A stretch of 14,862 bases of DNA from Octopus sinensis (taxonomy: Eukaryota): the NCBI RefSeq assembly GCF_006345805.1, contig NW_021826087.1, positions 1-14,862 on the forward strand, in the 5' to 3' direction. Shown one piece after another: positions 1-8,535 of this stretch. Below the pieces are notes generated by a model. It was not told where the DNA came from. It saw only the letters and a program-made list of their open reading frames with translations, and did no database searches. Both the position numbers and the translations under genes were made by a program. Each line of letters begins with the position of its first letter. The stretch's first letter is position 1.

Positions 1-49
1 AGTAATATACTATGATAATAACAATAAAATAAAGGTATGTATTGGGGTA

Positions 50-281
50 TTAATAATTGGCTTGTTAAATCGTTAGAGACTTAAAAAAAAGAAGATTTCT
101 CTAATCTGTTGTGGCTGTTTACACGTTCAAATCCTAATATGGTCAAATTTATCTTTATCTTCTGGTATTTCAGGTTAAATAAAATAAACTACCATTGATC
201 GTATTACTTCCGATCGGATCGATAAACTCACAGCCTAATAAATTAGTGGCGTTGTGTGGCTAAATTAAAAACAATAATGAA
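50..281 (+). mobile_element. Old, diverged SINE copy (family B, related to 6930-7139)
   Basis: Collinear degenerate matches to 6930-7139: aatcgttag, acgttcaaatcc, ggtcaaattt..cttt, aataaaataaactacca, aaattagtggcgttgtg..ctaaattaaaaacaat. It runs into an (ATT)n tail. Confidence 0.55.
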
Positions 282-302
282 TATTATTATTATTAATATT
301 AA

Positions 303-361
<59 letters not shown>
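282..361. repeat. (ATT)n microsatellite, probably an expanded SINE tail
   Basis: Near-perfect att run directly after the SINE-like segment. Confidence 0.95.
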
Positions 362-362
<1 letters not shown>

Positions 363-454
363 GTAGATATATGTAAATATATATGATAATAATTAATATA
401 GGTAGCGACGTGCAATGTTTTACTAAAATGGAAAACTGTATTTGTCATTGAATA

Positions 455-620
455 TGACTAAGGGTGTTATAAACTCCTACATTTCTAGAAATAAGAGCTA
501 AAATGCCCTAACGCTGCAGTCAAAGCACATAATTGTGTGTTATTATGTACTTTGACTCCAACACTAGAGCGTTGTAGCTCTTATTTTTAGCAATGTAGGT
601 GTGTCTAACACCATTAGTCA
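455..620. repeat. Fold-back palindrome / MITE-like element (79-bp arms, 8-nt spacer)
   Basis: 455-533 aligns ungapped to the reverse complement of 542-620 at 65/79 by hand count (tgactaagggtgtta...caaagcacataat versus tgactaatggtgtta...caaagtacataat). Confidence 0.9.
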
Positions 621-835
621 CACAAACATACACACACGCGCACACGCGCACATATACACACACATAAATGTATGTAATATATATATTATATATAGATATA
701 CATATATGATTTTGATTTTTCCAGTTTCAGTAAATGAGCTGTGGGCCATGCTGGGGCCACATATATATATATAATATATATATACATATTGTATGTTATA
801 TATACATATATATATATGTATAATATAAACACATC

Positions 836-893
<58 letters not shown>

Positions 894-955
894 TGTATAT
901 TTCTATTTACGTATATATATGTACAATTAATGATTACCATATATATATATATATC
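621..955. repeat. Compound (CA)n/(TA)n microsatellite region
   Basis: Direct inspection; interrupted by a SINE tail at 707-760. Confidence 0.95.
707..760 (-). mobile_element. Solo SINE 3' tail fragment
   Basis: The reverse complement gtggccccagcatggcccacagctcatttactgaaactggaaaaatcaaaatca matches the tail at 3863-3920. Confidence 0.8.
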
Positions 956-1370
956 TACAATAAGTTATGATGATGCAAAAAAATAATAGAACTTGAAATA
1001 TGTCAATATGTATATTTTATCAATATTTATCAGAAGCAACGTAAATGCCAAAGCACGAAACTCTTGATTCTTGAGTTACTTTATTCATTGTGCTACATAT
1101 TATATACATATATATATGCGTGTGTGTGTGTGTGTGGATGCAAATAAGTATATGCATATGCAATTATATACATAGATATATTTGTACGTTCATCTCTGTT
1201 TATGTACACACATCACACACCTATACAAATATGGCGGGTTTGAAGTAAGGTGTCAGGAAGAGAATAAATCAATAAACAAATGTGAAATCAAGGAACATGA
1301 ACAAGTATGAAAGATATTGTTGCACAGGTATACAATGCAAATATTATTAATTACACATTAAGTGAAACTT

Positions 1371-1426
1371 GGTGCAGCAGCATGGCCGCAGTCGAATGAC
1401 TGAAGCAAATAAATGAATAACAGAAT
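1371..1426 (+). mobile_element. Solo SINE 3' tail fragment (family A tail)
   Basis: ggtgcagcagcatggccgcagtcgaatgactgaagcaaataaa matches the tail of 6100-6468 (read on -) and 12075-12115. Confidence 0.75.
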
Positions 1427-1489
1427 TACATAAATACACAAAAAAGCTTTAGCACACGCATATAAACATTTATATCTTTGTATGCATAT

Positions 1490-1524
1490 CTGTATGTATA
1501 TATTAAGTATATAATATATATATA

Positions 1525-1560
<36 letters not shown>

Positions 1561-1908
1561 TATATATAAATATATATAAGGTATATATATATATAATATA
1601 TATATATATGAGTGTGTGTGTGTATACCACATACATGTATGCATACATACATTAATGTGTGTATAAATATATATATATATAAACATACTATATGTATGTG
1701 TATGTATGTATGTATGTATGTATGTATGCTTGTATATATACACATACACAGACAATATAACTCAAATATGTACGTGAACATACATTCCTGCTCATAATAT
1801 TAAATATATAAACATATTAAACATATAGATATGTTCATTAAACATACGGCGTGCACATATCTATATACTATCACATACATATACGTATATAAGAAAATAT
1901 ACTACTCA

Positions 1909-1966
<58 letters not shown>

Positions 1967-2389
1967 TGTATGTATGTATGTATGTATGTATGCATACACA
2001 AATATATATACATATATATACACATATATAAATATACATGCTTATAAATATGAGGATATATGAATAGAAGCATGTATATAAATACATATATATATATATA
2101 TAAACACACATATATATGTATATGCATGTGTGTGTGTACATATATATTATATATATATATATATATATGTGCGTGTGTGTGTGTATATATATAAACATAT
2201 GTATACAGGTGTATGTGCATGTATGCATGCATATATATATGTAAATATGCATATATATATATATATTATATATATATATATACATCTGTCTGTCTATCTA
2301 TCTATCTCGCTATAAACATATACATCCACACACTGAAAGCCTATACACTTATCCACATGTACACATAATTATGCATATATCACATTAGG

Positions 2390-2440
<51 letters not shown>

Positions 2441-2442
2441 TA

Positions 2443-2494
<52 letters not shown>

Positions 2495-2613
2495 CATCTG
2501 TCTGTCTATCTATCTATCTCGCTATAAACATATACATACACCAAATGAAAGCTATACAATTATCCACATGTACACATAATTATGCATATATCACATTAGG
2601 ATATATATATATG

Positions 2614-2645
<32 letters not shown>

Positions 2646-2700
2646 ATATATAGATATATATATATATATATATATGTTTATATAGACAACATATACATAT
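1490..2700. repeat. Large compound microsatellite field: (TA)n, (TATG)n, (TG)n
   Basis: Direct inspection; (TATG)n runs at about 1700-1728 and 1937-1992. Confidence 0.95.
2281..2660. repeat. Tandem duplication, period 212 bp
   Basis: tacatctgtctgtctatctatctatctcgctataaacatatacat...tatccacatgtacacataattatgcatatatcacattaggatata starts at both 2281 and 2493. Confidence 0.9.
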
Positions 2701-3464
2701 ATGATACATACAAACGCACAGACATACTCACACGCCCAAATTAACATAGGAATTTATTATATGTAGATGTTGGTAGTCTTATGTAAATACATGTGATCCT
2801 GATGTATGAAATATCTTATATATACAAGACTGTATGCATACATGGTAATACCTACATGTGAGTACATGTGAATTATTACTTTGATTATATAATAAAATAC
2901 TGTTTTGGATGTGTATCGTCGCTTACAACCCGGTGGTCGATGTCACTGGAACGGTTGCATCTTTTTGCATGCTGAATAAAAGAATGTGGTTATATATATA
3001 TAACGGATTATATACGTGGCAATCATGTGTGTGTACAAATCATATATGATATGACATTGGAGTATAGAAGAATTTTAGAGAACAAGTGGTTTTCATGATA
3101 AACAACCCTAAAGAACGAAATAAATGGCGAAGGACGAGTATATAGAAAACAAACAAACGGGAAGCGCAATGGCGGTACGCATAACAATGTTGTTAAGAAA
3201 TAAAGAATGTATAAACAAAAAGTACGTAGTGTAGATTTTTACAGTACATGCAGGAGTGGGAAGCGTGTATGGTACATGTACATTTGCTGATGGGTCGGAT
3301 AGAAGTAAAAGACGAATGTTAAAGAAATGAAAATGCATGGAAATGAGAAGCGAAAGTGGTATGAAAGGGAAACAAGGTAAACTTGCAGTAAAAGATGGAG
3401 GTGAAATAGGCTCTGGAAATATTAAAAGAAAGGAAAAAACTATAATGTTATTCAGTGAATATCT

Positions 3465-3645
3465 GTTTCTTTATTACCCACAAGGGGCTAAACATAGAGG
3501 GGACAAACAAGGACAGACAAACGTATTAAGTCGATTACATCGACCCCAGGAGTAACTGGTACTTAATTTATCGACCCCGAAAGGATGAAAGGCAAGGTCG
3601 ACCTCGGCGGAATTTGAACTCAAAACGTAACGGCAGACGAACTGC
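3465..3645 (-). mobile_element. 5'-truncated SINE (family B) with 17-bp TSD
   Basis: The body taactggtacttaatttatcgaccccgaaaggatgaaaggcaaggtcgacctcggcggaatttgaactc is the reverse complement of 6995-7070. Perfect direct repeat ttattcagtgaatatct at 3448-3464 and 3646-3662. Confidence 0.92.
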
Positions 3646-3690
3646 TTATTCAGTGAATATCTTTGATGATTCTAGAATAATGTTTCTTTC

Positions 3691-3923
3691 GTGGAGGTGC
3701 AATGGCCTAGTGGTTAGGGCAGCGGACTCGCGGTCGCAGGATCGCGGTTTCGATTCTCAGACCGGGCGTTGTGTGTGTTTATTGAGCGAAAACACCTAAA
3801 AAGCTCTACGAGGCTCCGGCAGGGGGTGGTGATCCCTGCTGTACTCTTTCACCACAATGGCGGTGCCCCAGCATGGCCACAGCTCAAGAGCTGAAACTGG
3901 AAAAACAAAAACAAAACAAAAAA
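3691..3923 (+). mobile_element. tRNA-derived SINE (family C head joined to a family A-type tail)
   Basis: Pol III A box tggcctagtgg (3703-3713), B box-like ggtttcgattc, head homologous to 12759-13030, (CAAAA)n tail. Confidence 0.88.
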
Positions 3924-4172
3924 CATGAAATTAATCCAGTTCAAATTTGAATTTAACTGGTTCAGAAGCTGTTAAGTTTTTGAATTGTTTGTATATGCAA
4001 AGAAGTGCTTATGGTCATCGATATAAGCACATGGGTTCAAATATTGACCATTCAATTTTGTAGTTGGAGATACCTTTATCTTTCAAATTATATTATATTA
4101 TATTTCAAAATATATTTCGTTAGTGTTGTAATGTTTCTTTTATTTTCATGTTTAAACACATGTACGTACTGA

Positions 4173-4300
4173 GTATATCTGGATTTCAAAGAGCTTTCGA
4201 TAAAGTTTATATAAAATTGTGTGCCGCTGATATTTGTAGAAACCTCGGCGTAGTGTTCAATATATTTTGAAGGAATTTACTGTTTAGAGGACGTGTACGT
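4173..4300 (+). pseudogene. Fossil CR1/L2-like LINE reverse transcriptase fragment
   Basis: gta tat ctg gat ttc aaa ga- gct ttc gat aaa gtt reads VYLDFK-AFDKV with a 1-nt deletion. It is followed by KLCAADICRNL, compared with KLxAxGIxGNL in CR1-type RT. Confidence 0.55.
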
Positions 4301-4559
4301 CTGTGAAGATAACTGCATTGAGGGAAGGAAGAAACTAATGCGTTTCCTGTTTATCTTAGCTAATGAAGAAATTATCAGTACAGTTATAACTTACTTTAAA
4401 GTTATGTTTATCAAAATAGATTTTGTGACTCATAGCCACTAAGGAACTGTTTAAGGATTAAATTTAGAAAGGATCGGGAGACCTTTGATCTTACATTCAA
4501 ACTGAGAGGAAGTTTAACCATATAACTTTCCTTCTAGTTTAAAACATTAAAGCCTTATT

Positions 4560-6050
4560 TATTAATGCATGAACAGAAAAGAGAAAAAATACAGTATTCT
4601 TTCCCAGCACAAGTGAAAACATGCATGCGGAAAATGTTGTCCGTTGTAAGATATATATAACAAAATGCAAACAATACAGGACAGTTAATACGGCCTGAAA
4701 TAGTGAGCTGGAGGCCAAGACAGTGGTTGCTAAGACTTGAGAATCTCAAGACTTCGTCATGATCCCGCTATACTCAGGAAAACTGGCGACCAAAGTATGA
4801 GTCACCAACATGCAACACCACAGGGATCAGACCAGAGTAATAGCAATAATAGAGGGGCACGAAAATAATTATTATACTCAAGCCCCCTCTCTACCAGAAT
4901 AAAACTGGTATGTCGCTGGAATTTTGTGTGTTAGTCATACTCAAGGCATCCCAGATCATTTCGTGTTTGAAGAGTTTGTACAAATTCGAATGATAGTGGA
5001 AAGAAGGAAGTCAGAATGCTACATATATAGGAAATAGACTATCTCGAGGGTATTTTTGCTGTACAGGGGAAGACTAAGGTGCCTTGACTGCTACGTACAC
5101 CAAAACTTCTGAAAGTTAAACAACAGAAGTATGGAAGCAAGAAAAAAAGAGACCCAACCAGAACAAAGACTTTTTCAGAAAACACAGACAGAAGGGGGTT
5201 CAGATGCACCGATACTCACCTCATCCCCACGATTATCCCCACCACTAACACCAACGTACACAAAAGTAAACTACAGGGGAAACAAAAGCAGCACACTTTC
5301 TACACTGTCCGATCCGTCAGATTTGCAAGAGACAAACAGTACAAATGTACCTGGTTGGCATGTTGTAGAAAGGCCTTCAAAAAAGGAAGAGAGGTACGAT
5401 AGACGAATCCGCAGCTTTGACCACCGGAACGCAAAATGTCGATAACGCCGAGTCAAATAACAGTATAAAAAAGAAAATGGCTCGGCCTAAAAGTCAAACT
5501 AATCGAAAAAACAAGAACAACAATAACCACAAAAACAATCCCTAGAGTTGTAGCAACAAGAACGGTAGCAACAACAGAAACAATAACAACAGCATCAGAA
5601 GAGAAAGAAACCTCAGCTAGAATATCAACCAGTGGCAAACCAGAACAACGCCAATACAAAGAGCAGAAGCAATATCAATCACAACAGAAAGAGACACACC
5701 AAAAGCAGCAGAAACAGGTGCTGAAACTACGGCAGCAATAACAAAAGCTGAAAATACTACAGACTCAGTGACAACATCTCTCACAAGTGAGTCTCTCAAT
5801 GACACTGTTCACCAAAACGAGAACGAGGAGTTGGTAGAATTATGTATGCGCCAATAGAAAGAAATTTTCACCTCTGGTAACAGCCTCGATATGATAGCCA
5901 TATCAACACCTCACAAAATAGACTCCTTGTAAGAACCACATCAGGTGTGTACCCTCCACTCCCAAATGACGTCAGGAACTAAATTATTAAGACAAAAGGC
6001 TTTTTTTAGGGTCCTTACAAAAGGTAGAGAAAAGGTTTCGTAAACAAGAT
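4560..6050 (+). pseudogene. Decayed L1/Tx1-like LINE ORF1 (RRM-like region, degenerate CCHC knuckle, long low-complexity tail)
   Basis: One frame reads TKCKQYRTVNTA*NSELEAKTVVAKT*ESQDFVMIPLYSGKLATKV*VTNM. 4948-5034 reads IPDHFVFEEFVQIRMIVERRKSECYIYRK, then DYLE after a frameshift, which fits VEGRxPxCxxCxxxxHxxxxC with C>Y and H>Y. GWHVVERPSKK and a T/E/K-rich A-biased stretch follow. Multiple stops and frameshifts; boundaries approximate. Confidence 0.6.
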
Positions 6051-6099
6051 TAGAATAATGACTATCCTGAGCACTTGTTTACTTTCTCGCCAATTTAAA

Positions 6100-6272
6100 T
6101 TTATTCTTTTGTTTCATTCATTAGACTGCGGCCATGCTGGGACACCACCTTGAAGAATTTTTAGTCGAATGAATCGACCCCAGCCTGGTACTTATTCTAT
6201 CACTTTTGCCGAATCGTTAGTTACGGGACATAAACATACCAACACCGATTGTCAAACGGTGGTAGAGGACAA

Positions 6273-6309
<37 letters not shown>

Positions 6310-6468
6310 ATGGGTTATTTCAGTTTCCATCCACCAAATCCACTCACAAGGTTTTGGTCGGCCCGAGACTATAGTAATAGACATATGCCCATGGTGCAAC
6401 GCAGTGAGACCGAACCTAGAATCATGTGGCTGTGAAGCAAGTTCCTTACCACGTAGCCACACATACTT
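6100..6468 (-). mobile_element. Full-length composite SINE (family A) with internal (CA)n
   Basis: On the - strand: head gtggctacgtggtaaggaac with B box-like ggttcggtctc, body ccttgtgagtggatttggtggatggaaactga, internal (TG)n, tail ggtggtgtcccagcatggccgcagtctaatgaatgaaac. Homologous to 8170-8465 and 11483-12118. Confidence 0.9.
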
Positions 6469-6529
6469 GATGTTTATGCATGCATACATTCAGAGAGCAA
6501 TACCGTGTTGGTACTTTTCATGAGCAGAT

Positions 6530-6680
6530 TTACTCTTTGCTCGGTAGAGTGACATGTCCCAATGTTTTGATTCAGTGAATAGGGATAATTTAATCTTAAG
6601 AAATGTAAAACGATTGGGTATGGGTTTTTCTGTTTTTATTGGCATGTTCATGACACTTTCCAGGGCCTCCGAGATTGGTT
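6530..6680 (+). pseudogene. Fossil L1/Tx1-like LINE reverse transcriptase fragment
   Basis: From 6551 it reads DMSQCFDSVNRDNLILRNVKRLGMGFSVFIGMFMTL, compared with DxxKAFDxVxxxxLxxxLxxxGFGxxFIxWIxxLY in L1-clade RT. Confidence 0.45.
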
Positions 6681-6766
6681 GGAGAAAGAAAGTAGTCTTT
6701 ATCTGGAAGCATTGCTTAAATGGTTGCTATAGACTTCATTCAGTTAAAGGCAACCAAAGGCTAGAT

Positions 6767-7265
6767 CAGGGGTTCTCAACCGGAGTCTATATGACCCTGA
6801 GGGTCCATATAAGATCTTGTTGTTATAGTCTATGTGCAATATGCTGATTATATTTCTACAATATTCAAAATATTTTAGCAATTTTTTAATACAATTGCTA
6901 ATAATATTTAATTATAAAATACGTTGTAAGGCGGCGAGCTGGCAGAATCGTTAGCACGCCGGGCGAAATGCTTAGCGGTATTTCATCTGCCGCTACGTTC
7001 TGAGTTCAAATTCCGCTGAGGTCGACTTTGCATTTCATCCTTTCGGGGTCGATAAATTAAGTACCAGTTATGTACTGGGGTCGATATAATCGACTGCCCC
7101 CCCCCCCAAATTTCGGGCCTTGTGCCTAGAGTAGAAAAGAATAATATTTAATTATAAAAATACCATAGGATGTTTTTTTATATATAAGGGATGGTTATGA
7201 AGGTCCAGTTGTGTAAAATAGGAAACAAAAGGGCCGATAGGGAAAACGATGTTTGAGAAACACTG
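6767..7265 (+). mobile_element. hAT-type (Charlie/Buster-like) MITE, copy 1, carrying a nested SINE
   Basis: TIRs caggggttctcaacc (6767-6781) and gtttgagaaacactg (7251-7265) match at 12/15. 8-bp TSD ggcTAgat (6759-6766) and ggaTAgat (7266-7273). Confidence 0.88.
6930..7139 (+). mobile_element. Full-length SINE (family B) with ~20-23-bp TSD
   Basis: Runs from ggcggcgagctggcagaatcgttagc through B box-like gagttcaaattcc to ccttgtgcctagagtagaaaag. Flanked by aataatatttaattataaaa(a)tac at 6900-6922 and 7140-7163. Confidence 0.92.
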
Positions 7266-7314
7266 GGATAGATGATGGCGTTAAGCCGGCCGACCGTCCT
7301 AGCAGACCACAACG

Positions 7315-7455
7315 TATTTTGAATTCAGAGCGCAAAGAACCACGAGAACGTCCTGCCTGGCTCTCAAACGATTCCACCAGTTCACCGGTCAGGGCTAGCT
7401 CATTGTTTTCTGATCTCGAAAGAATGAAAAGCAAAGCTGACGTCTGCAGAATAAA
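7315..7455 (-). mobile_element. Two old family B SINE fragments
   Basis: tttgaattcagagcgcaaag...aacgattccaccagttcaccg is the reverse complement of the head. gatctcgaaagaatgaaaagcaaagctgacgtctgcagaat is the reverse complement of the body. Confidence 0.55.
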
Positions 7456-8169
7456 TACTGCAAGATATCTCATCTAACAGCCTACTGCTTCAAGATTCGG
7501 CTGCTCTATCTAGCAGATCAGGAGACTGTGCATGGACTCCATTATTATCGTTCACCGAAGTAATCAGAAGAGAAGGTGTGTATTCGACGAGTGACTTGTT
7601 AATTTGCAAGTGGAAGTTCCATCTAGTTATGGCTATGAGCTGGCAACAGGAAATTAATCCAGAATATTTTTCTGAAGCCTCTGATGTCCATTCAACGGTT
7701 TAAGTGCATAAAATTATAAAACATAGTGCTTGCATAGATAAACTTTTGGATCATATTAGATCATGAAGGAAATATATTGTTTATTGCTGCAACTTAACAG
7801 GCATTTTCTAATGCGACGGCGTACGGTAAAGGTAATATAGTTAGTATTGGTAATGTTTTGTTTAAATAGTTTAGATTAAAAGATTAGAGATAGGCAGCTA
7901 GAAGAAAATGATTCTGTAAACGCTCTGTAAAAACTGAAGTAACCCCTCGGTCTTAGGCGTACCTGCAATTAATTCATTCCAAATTTAAAACACATCTCTG
8001 ATAATGGATCAGTTTCGTATTCTCTGGAATATGAACTATCAAATTATTCGTATCTGTTTTTGCAACAACGATTTTATGTCTGATTTTAATAGAATCCTTT
8101 ACTAGCTGTTTATTAAGAAGTAAATATAAATGGTGGACGCATTGCAAACAAATATGGACTAAAAATATA

Positions 8170-8457
8170 GGCGCAGGCATGGCTGTGTGCATGGCTGTGT
8201 GGTTAAGAAGCTCGCTTTGCAAGATCATGTTTTAGTGTCCAATCCAACAGCGCTGCATTTTGAGCTTTTACAATAGTTCTGCGCTAATCAATGCCTTCTT
8301 AGTGAATTTGGTGGACGGAAACTGTGGTGAAGACCGTCATACATATATATGTATGTGCGTGTGTGTGTGTGTGTGTGTGTGTATTTATGCCTGTGTGTCT
8401 GTGTGCGCACCCATGTCGTTATTAACTCGTGTTGGGGTGTGTGCACCTCCTTGTAAC

Positions 8458-8465
<8 letters not shown>
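8170..8465 (+). mobile_element. Composite SINE (family A), 3' part missing
   Basis: ggcgcaggcatggctgtgtggttaagaag head, agtgaatttggtggacggaaactgtg..gaagaccgtc body, internal (TG)n, then tgttggggtgtgt..ccttgtaactta. Confidence 0.82.
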
Positions 8466-8522
<57 letters not shown>

Positions 8523-8535
8523 ATATATATATATA
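8465..8535. repeat. (CT)n(TA)n compound microsatellite
   Basis: Direct inspection. Confidence 0.95.

Noticed and set aside
686-2315. Many 60-127 aa ORFs rich in Y/I/H/T/C/V/M (also at 8260-8563, 10455-10884 and 11236-11641)
   Set aside because: They are translations of (TA)n, (CA)n and (TATG)n microsatellites, which lack stop codons; not genes.
3693-3770. tRNA gene (also 12960-13030)
   Set aside because: A and B boxes are present, but there is no proper acceptor stem, and the sequence continues into a SINE body and tail shared between copies.
5131-5860. Host mucin-like or Thr-rich protein exon
   Set aside because: It is broken by stops and frameshifts, has no clear splice boundaries, and follows a decayed zinc knuckle in the position expected for a LINE ORF1 tail.
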